A stretch of DNA of 64,000 nt from Methanothermococcus sp. Ax23 (GTDB lineage Archaea; AGJL01; Methanococci; Methanococcales; Methanococcaceae): assembly GCF_049075655.1 (NCBI RefSeq), contig NZ_CP157522.1, positions 1,408,001 through 1,472,000 on the forward strand, read 5' to 3'. Shown here one piece after another: positions 18,789 to 31,140 of this stretch (positions are counted from its first letter, which is position 1; every line of letters begins with the position of its first letter). A program made the translations under genes and the position numbers. The notes beneath the pieces were generated by a model. The model was given only the letters and a program-made list of their open reading frames with translations. It made no database searches and was not told the origin of the DNA.

Positions 18789-19403
18789 TTATATTTTATT
18801 TAAAACTTTTAAACATTCAATTACCATTTTTTTGGATATCTCATCAAGAGTATATGGTGTTATAGGTTCGCCATCTCTTATAAATCTCCCAGTTCCAACA
18901 ACGATATGCCCTTCTTCTTTGATATTCATATACTGAACTGGTCCATTTGCATATTTTGCATCGGAAACCTTAACTTTTTCGTCAATTCCAAAAACTCCAT
19001 TAGTTCCTATGGTTTTTATACCGTTCTTTGCACAGTATTCTATTATCCCATTTCTTATGGGGGCTGTATCGCCACCTGCAATACATATAATAGCAACATC
19101 TCCTTTAATCAAATCAAGATTATCTAATGTTATGTTTTCAGTAATTCCAACAACTTTATCGCTGAAAAACCTCTCTGCAAATTTAACCTTGTATTCTCCG
19201 ATTTCTCCGCCAAACTTCCTGTGGATTATGTCATTTTTATCAATTTTTGCATTATCGAATAAATATATTTTCTGAGCTCCGCCTCTATGAACTTCAAGTA
19301 AATCCATTACAACGCGAATTCCTAATCTTCCACATCCGATTACTGAAACATTTCCTTTTGGAATAAGTTTTTTTTCTAAATCATTTACATTTTCAATTTC
19401 CAT
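18789..19403 (-). CDS. hcgE: ThiF/E1-like adenylyltransferase, likely FeGP-cofactor biosynthesis HcgE
   Basis: GCGRLG, EVHRGG, CIAGG, TNGVFGI, recalled as the methanogen HcgE family. Confidence 0.7.
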   Translation of the reverse strand: MEIENVNDLEKKLIPKGNVSVIGCGRLGIRVVMDLLEVHRGGAQKIYLFDNAKIDKNDIIHRKFGGEIGEYKVKFAERFFSDKVVGITENITLDNLDLIKGDVAIICIAGGDTAPIRNGIIEYCAKNGIKTIGTNGVFGIDEKVKVSDAKYANGPVQYMNIKEEGHIVVGTGRFIRDGEPITPYTLDEISKKMVIECLKVLNKI

Positions 19404-19466
19404 TATTTCGACCTGAATTAATTCTATTTATTATCTATTCTTCAATTATTTATTTTTATTTTATTA

Positions 19467-20489
19467 TCATTCTTCATTGAAATTATACTCAAATGCCTTT
19501 AAAAGACCCACGCATCCAGTAATCATCACATCTCCACCGGGATAGGCATATTTTCCATATTCTTTAAACAAACTTCTATTTGGTCCTGCAATTAATATAT
19601 CCTCAGGATTTATTTTATCAACAACTGTGGCACCATGCCCCCTATCGTTGAATATTTCTTCATTTGTTAAAAGTCCATTTGAAAGTTTATTAACAATCTT
19701 TTTTAATTTTTCAGGAGTTAATAATCTCGTGTGGTGTTCAAATATTCCCTTTATTTCGCCGTCTTTTATAGAAACTCCCAATGTATGGCCATTCCCAATG
19801 TCAAGACCTACAAACTCATTTATGCCGTTTTCATTTGCATAGTCCAGTATTCCACATATGGATGCTACCTTACTATCCATTACAAATCCATTGTAGTTAT
19901 TTTCATTTAACATTTCCAATATGCTGTTGAATCTTGAAAATGCATTACAGTCGTTATACTTCAATATAAATTCATACGGATTTGCAGTTTTTTTCAGTAG
20001 TTCCTCAAAGTATTTAAATCTTGTAATTCTGTCACTTTGCCCCTTCACAAAACCGTGGTCTTGGCAGGCAACACACACAAAATCAGGTTTGAATTCTTCT
20101 CCAAAAGTATTAAAAATATTTTTAAGCATATCAAAATCCAAATCTCCAAATATTACATTTGGATTGTCTATTTCATCCTTTAAAATTATTCCCCTTTTAG
20201 CCACTTCCTCCAAATCATCCCTAATGGTTTTTGCCGCATTTTTGGAGATTTCAACCTTAAATCCTTTTTGAATATGGTCATCAATTGCTTTATTTACTGG
20301 ACCTCCGCCCATTATTTTTCCATCTATTCTTAAATCTTCATTCATATTTCTTATTTTATTGGCAATTATGCTTGTTGGTGATGGAAGTATAAGCTTTACG
20401 GCATTTTCTATATTGTTTTTGTTTTTTTCGGTGTTGAAATATAATATATCCTGAGTTCCCTTTCCAATGTCTATACATAAAATATTCAT
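19467..20489 (-). CDS. DUF1786 family (actin-like fold) protein
   Basis: IDIGKGTQD, MGGGP, QDHG, DIGNGHT, FEHHT. Confidence 0.8.
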   Translation of the reverse strand: MNILCIDIGKGTQDILYFNTEKNKNNIENAVKLILPSPTSIIANKIRNMNEDLRIDGKIMGGGPVNKAIDDHIQKGFKVEISKNAAKTIRDDLEEVAKRGIILKDEIDNPNVIFGDLDFDMLKNIFNTFGEEFKPDFVCVACQDHGFVKGQSDRITRFKYFEELLKKTANPYEFILKYNDCNAFSRFNSILEMLNENNYNGFVMDSKVASICGILDYANENGINEFVGLDIGNGHTLGVSIKDGEIKGIFEHHTRLLTPEKLKKIVNKLSNGLLTNEEIFNDRGHGATVVDKINPEDILIAGPNRSLFKEYGKYAYPGGDVMITGCVGLLKAFEYNFNEE

Positions 20490-20504
20490 AATATCCCTCT
20501 TATT

Positions 20505-21077
20505 TTAAATAACTCCCTTGGTGCTCACAATTCCCTTTCTTTCGTCAATTTGGGTTGCATTATCGAGAGCAATTCCAAACGCTTTAAAAAGTGCCTCTAT
20601 TTTATGGTGTTCGTTCTCTCCAATGACCTCAAAATGTATATTCATATTTCCATTGTTTGCTACTGATTCAAAAAAATGAACTACATTTTCAGTTGAAAGG
20701 TCTCCAACCTTGTCCCTTTTTGGAGTATAATCTCCAACAACATATGGTCTTCCGCCTAAATCAATTGAAACCATAGCTCTCGCTTCATCCATTGGAACAA
20801 TAGCCCATCCAAATCTCTTTATATTTTTCTTTTCAATTTTATCCAATGCCATCCCCAAACATATACCAACATCCTCAACTGTATGATGGTCATCTACTTC
20901 CAAATCTCCAACTGCATCCAGATACAAATCAAATGAACCGTGCTTTGCAAAGGATGAAAGCACATGGTCAAAAAAAGGAATTTTTGTGTTTATTTCGTAT
21001 TTTCCTGTGCCGTCTATATTTATCTTTAAGTTTATATCAGTCTCGCCTGTTTTCCTTTTGATTTCAAAAACTCGCAA
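20505..21077 (-). CDS. hisB: Imidazoleglycerol-phosphate dehydratase
   Basis: [24 protein letters not shown]. Confidence 0.97.
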   Translation of the reverse strand: MRVFEIKRKTGETDINLKINIDGTGKYEINTKIPFFDHVLSSFAKHGSFDLYLDAVGDLEVDDHHTVEDVGICLGMALDKIEKKNIKRFGWAIVPMDEARAMVSIDLGGRPYVVGDYTPKRDKVGDLSTENVVHFFESVANNGNMNIHFEVIGENEHHKIEALFKAFGIALDNATQIDERKGIVSTKGVI

Positions 21078-21242
21078 TATACCACCCGTATCTAGTTTAT
21101 TTATTATTGAATATATATTAATATATTATTGTATATTACCTCATTTATATTATTACATTTATATTTTTATAATGTTTAATGGTATTAAATTAATTTTTTC
21201 GTATAACTTAATTTTATATTATTAATTCAAATTATATATAAA

Positions 21243-22568
21243 TTACATATTATTTTTAAGCTGTTTTCCAACGGCATCATCTACCTTTTTTAAAAATTCC
21301 TCTATGTGAATTTTTGGAACTCTGGCACCAGATGCTACATTGTGCCCTCCACCATCTCCTCCAAATTCAACTGCAATTTTCATAACCTCGGAGAGATTCA
21401 GACCCTCATTTACAAGAGTTTCATTACCTCTCGATGATATTTTATAATATTCTCCCTCTTCGTAAATACCTAAAACTGGCTTATCCTTCACAAGTAATGA
21501 TGCTATAAGTCCAGTCATGCTTTTTTTTCCAAAGAAATATTCTATATTATTTAGCGAGTTTATTTTAGTATCTTTTAACTGGATAATAATTTCTTCTTTA
21601 TATTCAATGTAGGTTTCTTTTGCAATTTTTATACATTCATCATCTTCAAGAGCCACGCCTATACCTACTGAACCCTTATCTTTTCTACCGCATGCATTTA
21701 GGAGCTCCGATAGGTAAAATGCGTCATTGATTTTATGTTTTATAACATACCTATCAACGATAATATCGTCCTTTTCCACATATGCCATAAGTGCAATTTC
21801 CAGCTTTTGCCTATCTTCTTCATTAAAACTTGTTTTATTTGGGTCTATGTCTAATTTTTTCAAAAAATTAATTATTTTATTTTTGTCGTTGAGCTCCCGA
21901 ATATAGGGCTGAGTGGAATATAACATGGATTTCCAAACAGGCAAATCATAGCAGTTATAAACTATATCCTTTAAAATACCTGTTATATATCGGTATTCCC
22001 GAGCTTCATTTATTATATATTTGTTCATTCCAGAGAAGGGCCTATGTTGCATATCACCAATTGCCCCAGTAATTGCCAAAATACTCAAATCATAAAATCC
22101 AAATTCTCGTGCAACCAAATAGCACACTCCACTTGCAGAGATTTCCTTAGCTCCATTGATACCAAAGATATGTGAATTTAATTGATAAATCCCTTCAATT
22201 TCCAAATCATCTATTGCTGGAGGGTGGTGGTCTAAAATAATGGCATTGAATTTGTTGTTTAATATGTCTTTTATCTGTCCGCTTCCCATGTCACAAAAAA
22301 TGTATAATATATCGTTTTTATTATCATGTTCCTCGCCAAGTCTGTCGATAACTTCTTTTGATAGATATTCTACAATAGAAAGATGAAACTCCTTATTTAA
22401 TCTGTAAAGCATTTTTATGACTATTGCTCCTGAGGTTAGTCCATCTGTGTCGTGATGCGTAATTACCCTTATTAGTCCTTCGTGATTTCTAATCCTTTCT
22501 GTAATCTTTTTTAGAATATATTTATATCTCTGGATGCCCTCATCGTCCTTAAAGATGTTTGTTATCAT
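21243..22568 (-). CDS. RecJ-like DHH phosphoesterase
   Basis: HHDTDG, DMGSG, LDHH, GAIGD, GGGH. Confidence 0.9.
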   Translation of the reverse strand: MITNIFKDDEGIQRYKYILKKITERIRNHEGLIRVITHHDTDGLTSGAIVIKMLYRLNKEFHLSIVEYLSKEVIDRLGEEHDNKNDILYIFCDMGSGQIKDILNNKFNAIILDHHPPAIDDLEIEGIYQLNSHIFGINGAKEISASGVCYLVAREFGFYDLSILAITGAIGDMQHRPFSGMNKYIINEAREYRYITGILKDIVYNCYDLPVWKSMLYSTQPYIRELNDKNKIINFLKKLDIDPNKTSFNEEDRQKLEIALMAYVEKDDIIVDRYVIKHKINDAFYLSELLNACGRKDKGSVGIGVALEDDECIKIAKETYIEYKEEIIIQLKDTKINSLNNIEYFFGKKSMTGLIASLLVKDKPVLGIYEEGEYYKISSRGNETLVNEGLNLSEVMKIAVEFGGDGGGHNVASGARVPKIHIEEFLKKVDDAVGKQLKNNM

Positions 22569-22714
22569 AAAAATCCCAATGCTCCAGTTTGTTATTATTA
22601 TTTAAATTTCATTTATTATATTAATTGTAGCATAGATTATATTATATCGTATAGAGCTCTGCATATAAGCAAAGTGTCCAACTACATCTGTCATTATATT
22701 CCACATATAAATTA

Positions 22715-23329
22715 TTAACAACTGCCATACATGATTTTTTCTACAACCTGGGAATTTGGCATTACTTCTTCAAAAACCTGTGCTTGAAATGAGTATATAT
22801 TTACTTTGCGCTCCAACCAAGTATTTGGAGGTAATCCTGCTTTTAAACATAGATTGGATAAATATTGGGCAACATCCCAATCAAATTCAACTGGAACTTG
22901 TGGCAACAACAATCCTCTACATGTCTCACACTCTATAACCAACCCATCTCTTCCAATTTTTATTTTTTCCAAATATTCAGCAGGGTCTTCCACCTCCACT
23001 AATTTTGGAATTGTCAAAATACTAACTTCGATAACGATTTCATCTAATTCATCAAGATTTACGGCTGGGAATCTCGGGTCATTAACTGCTGCACTTATTG
23101 AAGCCTCTTTCAATGCATCTATTAACGGCATTACAGGTTCAGGTATTCCAATACATCCTCTTAAATTATGTTCAGGGTATGTATGAAGTGATACAAAAAC
23201 ACCTCTTGGTTCATTGAATTTTTCAGGAAAATCAACTAATATGGTATCTTCACCGGTTAAATAACTTTCAATAACAGTTCGTGCAAATTTTACTGCAAAA
23301 GTTCCTTCTTCAAGTGTTAATTTTTCCAT
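22715..23329 (-). CDS. AMMECR1-domain protein
   Basis: GVFVSL, LRGCIG, DPRF, GLLLPQV, LCLKAGL. Confidence 0.92.
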   Translation of the reverse strand: MEKLTLEEGTFAVKFARTVIESYLTGEDTILVDFPEKFNEPRGVFVSLHTYPEHNLRGCIGIPEPVMPLIDALKEASISAAVNDPRFPAVNLDELDEIVIEVSILTIPKLVEVEDPAEYLEKIKIGRDGLVIECETCRGLLLPQVPVEFDWDVAQYLSNLCLKAGLPPNTWLERKVNIYSFQAQVFEEVMPNSQVVEKIMYGSC

Positions 23330-23532
23330 GGTATCCCCCTCTGTATTTTTCATATTTTTATGTTAGGAATATTTAATTATTAATTGTTTAAACTATATTT
23401 TGGTTTTTATCTTTTAAATAGATATTATATATTAAATATTAAATAGTTATAAAGATATAATGACCAATGATAAGAATTATATATTTATTAATAAAATTAT
23501 TTAAATACATATGATGATTTTAAGGTGATATT

Positions 23533-24399
23533 TTGATTTTACTTGCATTACCAAATAAAGGAAGGATTTCAGAACCTATCAATAAAATTTTAGAGAAAGC
23601 AGGATTAAAAATGACAGTCCAAGGAAGGAGTTTATTTGCTAAAACAGTTGATAAAGATATAAATGTAATGTTTGCCAGGGCAAAGGATATTCCCGAGTTT
23701 GTTGCAGATGGTGTGGCAGATGTTGGTATTACAGGATACGATTTAATACTTGAGAGGGGCGTGGAGAATAAAGTTGAGTTTTTACTTGATTTTGAATTTG
23801 GAAAGGCAAATTTGGTTATTGCAGCACCAGAAGATTCAAATATAAACTCTATCGATGACATAAAGGATGGAATGAAAATAGCAACAGAGTTCCCACACCT
23901 TACAGAGAAATACTTAAAAAGCAAAAATCTTAACCTTGAAATTATAGAGCTCAGCGGGGCAACAGAAATTGCACCGTTCATTGGTGTTGCAGACCTAATA
24001 AGTGATTTAACCTCCACGGGAACAACATTGAAATTGAATAGATTAAAACCAATAGAAACGATAGTTTCATCTACAACAAGATTAATAGCAAATAAGGAGA
24101 GCATAAAAAATCCAGAAAAACAGGCAAAGATAAATCAAATAGTTTCAGGGATAAAAAGCGTTCTTTATGCCCAAACAAAAAGATTGATTATGATGAATGC
24201 TCCAAAGGACAAAGTAAATGAAATAAAAAATATCATCCCTGGAATGAGCGGACCTACAATTTCAGAAGTTTTATCAAATGATGACATGGTGGCAATACAT
24301 GTGGTAATTGATGAAAAGGAAGTGTTCCATGTTGTTGCTAAATTGGAGGAGCTCGGTGCTAAGGATGTACTTGTAGTTCCGATTGAGAGAATTCTTTAA
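23533..24399 (+). CDS. hisG: ATP phosphoribosyltransferase (long form)
   Basis: [30 protein letters not shown]. Confidence 0.97.
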   Translation: MILLALPNKGRISEPINKILEKAGLKMTVQGRSLFAKTVDKDINVMFARAKDIPEFVADGVADVGITGYDLILERGVENKVEFLLDFEFGKANLVIAAPEDSNINSIDDIKDGMKIATEFPHLTEKYLKSKNLNLEIIELSGATEIAPFIGVADLISDLTSTGTTLKLNRLKPIETIVSSTTRLIANKESIKNPEKQAKINQIVSGIKSVLYAQTKRLIMMNAPKDKVNEIKNIIPGMSGPTISEVLSNDDMVAIHVVIDEKEVFHVVAKLEELGAKDVLVVPIERIL

Positions 24400-24403
24400 T
24401 ATA

Positions 24404-25306
24404 TTATATATAATTTTTAATATATTTTAAAATCTCTTCTGGAATATCTGCAAAATTCATAACACCTCTAAACTGCGGTGTAATATTCATTTCTAAAATA
24501 TATGGATTGTCATTTTTGTCAATTAGCACATCTACACCAACAATATCGGCATTGACTTTTTTTACAGATTTTAAAACAATATCTTCAACATCTTCATTTA
24601 AATCAAATCTTTTGATATCTGCACCAAGTGAATAATTTGCCCTCCAATCATCCTTTGGAATCCTCTCCATAGCACATATGATTTTATTACCAATAACAAA
24701 AACCCTTATATCATGCTTATATGGAATATATTTCTGAATAAATACCTCCTTCTTATTGAATTTCAATATCTCAAAAATGTTTTTTAATTCATCCAAGCTA
24801 TTTATCTTTAAAACACTATTTCCATAACCGCCATATATTGGCTTTACAACAATGGGAAAATCAAAATCGTTATTTTTTAATGTGTTTTTTATATCTTCAA
24901 AATCATCGGTGTAGGTTAAGAATGATTTTGGCATGAGCTCCTTTAATTTAACATAAGTTAAATATTTATTTTGACAGGTTTCTATACATTCCGATGAGTT
25001 GATTATTTTTATATCATTTTTATTATTTTCATTGGCAATGCTTTCAATATATTTCAATGCATAAATTCCTTCTAATAAATAATCCCTTTCAACTCGTGAA
25101 ATGATTAAATCATAATCAAAATCATTATTTTTTAATCCAGAAACAACTTTTAAAGTATCTAAAAAAGATACATCATATTTATTTTTTAATTTTTCATAAA
25201 TCATCATGTTTTCCGGTGTTTTTTTATGGCAAAGTATTGCAATTTTCCTTGGAAAATTCACAAATCTTTGATTTGGGTAAACTTTAATACTATCACCTAT
25301 AAGCAT
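24404..25306 (-). CDS. RimK/LysX-family ATP-grasp ligase
   Basis: VVKPIYGGYG, IQKYI, DIRVFVIG, WRANYSLG, LEMN; exact substrate not assignable. Confidence 0.85.
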   Translation of the reverse strand: MLIGDSIKVYPNQRFVNFPRKIAILCHKKTPENMMIYEKLKNKYDVSFLDTLKVVSGLKNNDFDYDLIISRVERDYLLEGIYALKYIESIANENNKNDIKIINSSECIETCQNKYLTYVKLKELMPKSFLTYTDDFEDIKNTLKNNDFDFPIVVKPIYGGYGNSVLKINSLDELKNIFEILKFNKKEVFIQKYIPYKHDIRVFVIGNKIICAMERIPKDDWRANYSLGADIKRFDLNEDVEDIVLKSVKKVNADIVGVDVLIDKNDNPYILEMNITPQFRGVMNFADIPEEILKYIKNYI

Positions 25307-26094
25307 TTTACCTTAATGCTTTCCAAATCACCGCCCATTTTATAGGACAATTCAATATTTAATACTCCATTCTTAATTACTGGATTTTCTATTGGGATTA
25401 TTAACGGTGGATTTAACATTGGTGTGCTTCCTGCAATTATCTTTTCGTTTAATTCTGTATATGAGTTTAATCTAACTCCAAGTGATATATTTTCTATATT
25501 TTTTATATCCTCATTTATGTTAAATTTCAAATTATACGATACTTCTTCATCATTTATTTTATAAAAATCAACTGTGCTATAATGTATTTCCTCTGAGATT
25601 GGCTCTGAAATCACTTCCTCATCATAATATATATGACCCATTTTAGCTATGACTATCTGGGCAGTATTGTGAGCTCTCTCAGGGACGATTTTTCCCCCTT
25701 CTTTAAGTAGTCCTTTTTTGAGAATTGAGTTCAAAACTGGGACTTGTGGTTCTGTAATAAGTGCGGTGTCCAGCATCTCAGCAATAATTACATCAGCAGG
25801 TTCTTTAAAATTATACTCCGATGCATCAGCTTCTATTAAATTTATGTTTTCAAAGTTATTGATTTTTATATTTTCCTTTGCATACTCATAAGTGATTGGG
25901 TCGAGCTCTACGGCATAAACATTTTTTGTAATTCGAGATGCAATCATTGCCAATATTCCGCTACCTGTTCCCAAGTCATAAACTACATCGCCAGTTTTAA
26001 CAGTTTTTTCAATCGCCTCTTTAAAAACTGCCACCCTATCTCTGTCAAGAAGCATGCTGTAATGCCATTGTGGGACGCTTAATTTGAGTTTCAT
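25297..26094 (-). CDS. SAM-dependent methyltransferase (PRMT/PrmA-like)
   Basis: MLLDRDR, DLGTGSGIL, AEMLDT; AGGAGG RBS before 26094. Confidence 0.85.
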   Translation of the reverse strand: MKLKLSVPQWHYSMLLDRDRVAVFKEAIEKTVKTGDVVYDLGTGSGILAMIASRITKNVYAVELDPITYEYAKENIKINNFENINLIEADASEYNFKEPADVIIAEMLDTALITEPQVPVLNSILKKGLLKEGGKIVPERAHNTAQIVIAKMGHIYYDEEVISEPISEEIHYSTVDFYKINDEEVSYNLKFNINEDIKNIENISLGVRLNSYTELNEKIIAGSTPMLNPPLIIPIENPVIKNGVLNIELSYKMGGDLESIKVKCL

Positions 26095-26167
26095 AATAAA
26101 CCTCCTTAAAAATGTAGATAATAAAAAAATAATAAAAAATAAAATAAAAAAATATATTGTATATAAA

Positions 26168-28975
26168 TTATCCTTTAACAACACCCATTGGCTTCATTCT
26201 ACTGACTTTTAAAGATATTCCTGAGTTATGGGCAACATCCGCCACTAATTCAATGCTTTTATATGCTTCGGAGCATTCCTCAGCGATTACCCCTTTTGAA
26301 TCTGCCATGATATATATTCCCTTTCTTTCGAGCTCAGCCTTAATATTATTTGAGTCATACAACTTCAATGCCTTTGCCCTACTGAGAGCTCTCCCAGCAC
26401 CATGAGCCGTAGAGCCAAAGGTTTCTTCCATGGCGGTTGTTGTCCCGTGCATTAGATAGGAAGCTGTTCCCATATCTCCCGGAATAATTACCGGCTGTCC
26501 TATTTTTCTATATTCTTCTGGTATATCCTCACAACCTGGTCCAAATGCCCTAGTTGCCCCTTTCCTATGCACCATCACATTTTTTAACTTACCGTCTATT
26601 TTATGTTTCTCCCTCTTTGCTATGTTATGTGCTACATCATACAGTATATTCATTTCAAGGTCTTCTGCTGGTGTTTTAAATACCTCTTCAAAGCTTTCCC
26701 TTACCCAATGTGTGATAAGCTGCCTGTTTGTCCATGCGTAGTTTGCACCACAGTTCATTGCCTTGAAGTATCTGATACCCTCCTCGGAGTTGATTGGAGC
26801 ACATGCCAACTGCCTATCTGGTAATTTTATATTGTATTTTCTAGCCGCCTTTTCCATATATCTAAGATAATCGGAACATATTTGATGCCCCAACCCTCTG
26901 GAACCTGTGTGAATCATAATTACTACTTGATTTTTTTCAATTCCATACACTTTTGCAGCTTCTTCGTCAAACACTTCATCTACATACTGGATTTCTAAAA
27001 AGTGGTTCCCACTACCTAATGAACCTAACTGCGGAAGCCCTCTTTTCTTAGCATTATCTGAAACAAATGAAGCGTCTGCCTCCTTCATACATCCATTTTC
27101 TTCAATATATTTTGTATCTTCATCCCATCCGTAGTTGTTATCTATTGCCCATTTTACCCCTTCTTCAAGGACATCATCTATTTCATTTTTTGTAATTCTT
27201 ATCTTTCCTTTACTTCCAAGACCTGATGGAATATTTTTAAATAGTTTATGTACGAGTTCCTTTATTTTTGGTTGCACATCTTCTTTTGTAAGATTGGTTT
27301 TTAATAATCTTACTCCGCAGTTATGAACTACAATTCCATTTGCTATGAAGTTGTGTTCTTTGCTTGCTATTCCAACATCATATAGTTTTGAATTGTATGG
27401 TATTTTTTCAATTTCTTTTATTTTATCAATTATGAATCCTCCTTTAACTCCGTATTTTTTAATAAACTCTTCTAATGTTTCAAAATTATTTGCGAATGTT
27501 TTATTTTGCTCCACTTTTGAAATTCCTTCTTTGTCTATATTTTCCCATATAATCAATTTTCTCCTTAAATATTCTGTAATTATTAAAATTTTCTCATCAT
27601 TGCAATATACATAACCAATTTTAGATAGAAAATTATAGAGCTCCTTATTGTCTGAGCTCATATATAACCTATACATAATTTTCTCATCATACTCTTTAAC
27701 TTTGTAGATTTTTGCATTTATATCAAATTCTTTTAACATATATACTAATTCATCTAAATAGTTTATAAGTTCATTTTCAATATCATTTGTCTTTGAGATT
27801 GTTAAAGATATTGGGCTTATGGCGTATTTATCGTTTTTAGTCCTTGATATTGGCTTACTTCCATCTGCTCCAAACAATCCTGCTAAGAAATTTGCTTTTA
27901 CCCATTTTGGAGATTCCTTTATCCAGTCTGGAACTTTTGGAATTTGATTTATTTTTTTACCAATTGGCATTCCTAATTTATGCATAAACAATGCAAATGC
28001 TTTTGATGCTATTTTTATATAGTTGTCTTCACATGAGCTTATATATTCGCTACCCCACGCATTTTTTATTTTAATATCTCTATTTCTTGAATATATTTTT
28101 GAACTTTTTACGCCTAATTTTTCTAAATCTTCCTTAATCTTAATTAATGTTTCTTTCTTTCCATAATATGCAACATATAACCTTTTTCTATCTCCATTTT
28201 CTTGAACAATACTTCCATCACCAAGAGCAAAACCCAACAATCGTGCTATTGCTCCTATTTGTTTATGATTCATTTTTAATGGCAATAAACCCCTTTCTTT
28301 TAAATATTTTACTATTTGAGCATCATATTCTGCAAAATCCTTTTCATCCAATATTATATCATCAGATGGCTCTCCATACTCCACACCTTCAAAAGGATAA
28401 ACTATAATATCATGTCCTTCTTCTAACATGCCCATTGGAACATAGCCGTTTGGTGTTAAAACTGGATGGTCTGCACTACCTTCCAAAACTCTTCCAAATT
28501 CTGTTTTTATCTTTATTATATCTTCTTCTGCATCTCTTTCAGAAACAAATAATACATTTGAATGCTTTTCTTTACTTTCTTCTATATTATAAACTTTTAG
28601 GCATAAATCTAGTTTTTCTTTTAAGTCCTCCAATTTTATAAAGTATTTATCTTCTGTCAATATTTTTGAGTTTGGTGTGAGACATGATATATCAAATCCC
28701 ACGCCCCCAGGGCTTATTACTCCCGTTTTTTCGTCAAATGCCGCCACTCCGCCGATACAGAACCCATATCCATAGTGAGCGTCGGGCATTGCTAAGGAAT
28801 ACTTTTGAATACCTGGAAGACATGCAACATTCGATACTTGTTCAAGAACATCATCTTCCATGTTTTCAAAGAGCTCATCATTTAAATAAACTCTACCTGG
28901 AACTTTCATTTCCTTTTTATACTCCTTTGGGAGCTCCCATACATTTTCCTTAACCTTCACCATGTTTTCCTTCAT
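26168..28975 (-). CDS. rtcB: RNA-splicing ligase RtcB containing an intein
   Basis: [14 protein letters not shown]|[25 protein letters not shown]. Confidence 0.96.
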   Translation of the reverse strand: MKENMVKVKENVWELPKEYKKEMKVPGRVYLNDELFENMEDDVLEQVSNVACLPGIQKYSLAMPDAHYGYGFCIGGVAAFDEKTGVISPGGVGFDISCLTPNSKILTEDKYFIKLEDLKEKLDLCLKVYNIEESKEKHSNVLFVSERDAEEDIIKIKTEFGRVLEGSADHPVLTPNGYVPMGMLEEGHDIIVYPFEGVEYGEPSDDIILDEKDFAEYDAQIVKYLKERGLLPLKMNHKQIGAIARLLGFALGDGSIVQENGDRKRLYVAYYGKKETLIKIKEDLEKLGVKSSKIYSRNRDIKIKNAWGSEYISSCEDNYIKIASKAFALFMHKLGMPIGKKINQIPKVPDWIKESPKWVKANFLAGLFGADGSKPISRTKNDKYAISPISLTISKTNDIENELINYLDELVYMLKEFDINAKIYKVKEYDEKIMYRLYMSSDNKELYNFLSKIGYVYCNDEKILIITEYLRRKLIIWENIDKEGISKVEQNKTFANNFETLEEFIKKYGVKGGFIIDKIKEIEKIPYNSKLYDVGIASKEHNFIANGIVVHNCGVRLLKTNLTKEDVQPKIKELVHKLFKNIPSGLGSKGKIRITKNEIDDVLEEGVKWAIDNNYGWDEDTKYIEENGCMKEADASFVSDNAKKRGLPQLGSLGSGNHFLEIQYVDEVFDEEAAKVYGIEKNQVVIMIHTGSRGLGHQICSDYLRYMEKAARKYNIKLPDRQLACAPINSEEGIRYFKAMNCGANYAWTNRQLITHWVRESFEEVFKTPAEDLEMNILYDVAHNIAKREKHKIDGKLKNVMVHRKGATRAFGPGCEDIPEEYRKIGQPVIIPGDMGTASYLMHGTTTAMEETFGSTAHGAGRALSRAKALKLYDSNNIKAELERKGIYIMADSKGVIAEECSEAYKSIELVADVAHNSGISLKVSRMKPMGVVKG
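27320..28684 (-). mobile_element. 455-aa intein with LAGLIDADG homing endonuclease in rtcB
   Basis: Starts CLTPNSK, ends VHN|C; LLGFALGDG and [10 protein letters not shown] blocks. Confidence 0.93.
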
Positions 28976-29091
28976 CGTATCACCAACATGTAAAATTAAA
29001 ATATAATATATCAATTAAAAGATGATTAAAATAGTAATAAATTATATCATTTACTATATCTATTACACACTTATAAAATTATGGTGAAATT

Positions 29092-29508
29092 ATGGAAGAT
29101 TACATAATTACAATTCATGCGACGGGGCACCCAAATGTCAAATCCACCCACAAAACAACATTGGAAATTACAAAAGAAGATTATTTAACACCAACGGGAG
29201 ATTGTATTATTGGAATAAACGCCGATAAATCCATGGCTGATTTTTCAGAAGAACTTAGAGAAAGAATCAGAAATTCTGGTAAAATTATTATAGAAATTGT
29301 TGTTGGAGATTTGAAAGATACCATAATTGGAAAAGGACATAAGGATTTAATTTTAAACCATCCAACCGATATTGTAATAAGAAAAAGTAATTTCATCTGC
29401 CCGAGAACTTTAATGATAAACGCAGATAAAAGTGCAAAGGAATTGAACTATAAAATTGTAGAAAGATTGAAAAAAGGAGAAGATTTAATTTTTAGGATAA
29501 TTATTTAA
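29092..29508 (+). CDS. DUF371 family protein
   Basis: GHPNV, HKTTLEITKE, GDCIIG, VIRKS. Confidence 0.85.
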   Translation: MEDYIITIHATGHPNVKSTHKTTLEITKEDYLTPTGDCIIGINADKSMADFSEELRERIRNSGKIIIEIVVGDLKDTIIGKGHKDLILNHPTDIVIRKSNFICPRTLMINADKSAKELNYKIVERLKKGEDLIFRIII

Positions 29509-29540
29509 ATTATTTTATCAAAGTATAATTAGGTGAGCTC

Positions 29541-30443
29541 ATGGAATTTAATAAAATATATTGCATGGATTGTTTGGAAGGCATGAAATTAATGGATGAT
29601 AATGAAGTTGATATAATAATCACATCCCCGCCATATAATATTGGAATAAATTATAACAAATACAATGATAATAAATCGAATGATGAATATTTGGTGTGGA
29701 TTGAAGAGATTGGAAAAGAATTAAATAGAATATTAAAAAAAGATGGCTCATTTTTCTTAAATATGGGATATACATGCAGTAATCCATACATAGCTTGGGA
29801 AGTTGCATTTAGGTTAAGAAAATATTTTAAACTTCAAAATGTAATCCACTGGATAAAATCAATAGCAATTCAAAAAGAAGATGTGGGAAATTACCCAAAT
29901 ATAATTGGAGATATTGCCGTTGGACACTATAAACCAGTAAATAGCGATAGATATTTAAGCAACATGCACGAGTATATATTTCACTTTACAAAAACTGGAA
30001 ATGTAAAATTAAATAAATTAGCAATTGGAGTTCCATACCAAGACAAAAGCAATATAAAAAGATTCAATAGAAAAAATGATTTAAGAGATAGGGGAAATAC
30101 ATGGTTTATTCCTTATGAGACAATACAATCAAAAAACAAAGAAAGACCACATCCTGCAACTTTTCCATCAAAACTGGCTGAAATGTGTATAAAATTACAC
30201 GGTGTCGAAAAAACTAAATTAGTGTTAGACCCATTTATGGGATTGGGAAACACTGCTATTGCATGTGCTAAATTGGGAGTTAATTTTATTGGTTTTGAAA
30301 TTGATGATTATTACTGCGATATTGCTAAAAAAAGATTAGATGAAATAATTAAAAAGAATGCTAAAAAGACTATTAAATCAGATACTGGGACCAATACATG
30401 CATTACTGCATCTCTTGATAATTACATACAGTCAAATTTATAA
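29541..30443 (+). CDS. Beta-class amino-DNA methyltransferase (probable m4C, M.MjaV-like)
   Basis: TSPPY precedes HPATFP and LDPFMGLG. Confidence 0.88.
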   Translation: MEFNKIYCMDCLEGMKLMDDNEVDIIITSPPYNIGINYNKYNDNKSNDEYLVWIEEIGKELNRILKKDGSFFLNMGYTCSNPYIAWEVAFRLRKYFKLQNVIHWIKSIAIQKEDVGNYPNIIGDIAVGHYKPVNSDRYLSNMHEYIFHFTKTGNVKLNKLAIGVPYQDKSNIKRFNRKNDLRDRGNTWFIPYETIQSKNKERPHPATFPSKLAEMCIKLHGVEKTKLVLDPFMGLGNTAIACAKLGVNFIGFEIDDYYCDIAKKRLDEIIKKNAKKTIKSDTGTNTCITASLDNYIQSNL

Positions 30444-31123
30444 TTTTTACTGCATATCACTAATTCCTCATCATATAACTCTTTATTAGAAGCATTAAAT
30501 TCTCTTTTTATAGAACCTGTCAATTTATATAAATCTACGATTTTAAAACCTGTTGCATAGTAGTTATTGTTTATTTTTTCAATTTTAAAGGATATTACAA
30601 TATGTGGTGCATCATGGATTATTTTAAATCCATCTTTATCATTAGGTGGTGATGCATAAAATGTTCTCTGTGATGAATTTACATTTTTCTCATTGTATGT
30701 TTTTATTTCAATATAAACGACCCTACCCTCATTTTCAGATTTTCCACCATACCAAAATTCAATATCTGGATAACCTGTTGATTTATGTTTTCCGTTTTTA
30801 GTCTTTGGAGTAGTTGCATATCCATATTTGGATAGTGCTTTTTTAACATAAGGTTCTATATGATTTCCCACTTCATTTACTCGTTTTGGAGTTTCCCCAT
30901 CTTTTGTTTTTATACCCTTTGTATTTCTTATATCTTTGATTACTTCATTAGATGCTTTTATTAAATCATCAACAAGTTTTTTATCTTTATTGGCTGATAA
31001 ATCCAAAGGTATTACCTTGTATCCGCTAATTACTCTTATGAATGTGGAAAAAGATATTTTTTCTATCGGCTGTAATATTTGTCTTAATATTAGTTCAATT
31101 TCATTATAATAATCGTCATCCAT
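30422..31123 (-). CDS. Probable type II restriction endonuclease (PD-(D/E)xK)
   Basis: GYPDIE...YIEIKT; convergent with and overlapping the MTase. Confidence 0.75.
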   Translation of the reverse strand: MDDDYYNEIELILRQILQPIEKISFSTFIRVISGYKVIPLDLSANKDKKLVDDLIKASNEVIKDIRNTKGIKTKDGETPKRVNEVGNHIEPYVKKALSKYGYATTPKTKNGKHKSTGYPDIEFWYGGKSENEGRVVYIEIKTYNEKNVNSSQRTFYASPPNDKDGFKIIHDAPHIVISFKIEKINNNYYATGFKIVDLYKLTGSIKREFNASNKELYDEELVICSKNYKFDCM

Positions 31124-31140
31124 AATATCGCCTAAAATAT

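Noticed and set aside
22570-22714. Possible sRNA between the RecJ-like and AMMECR1 genes
   Set aside because: No complete C/D box set or stable hairpin found
23520-24104. 194-aa antisense ORF and similar short antisense ORFs throughout
   Set aside because: Fully overlap well-supported genes; typical reverse-frame shadows
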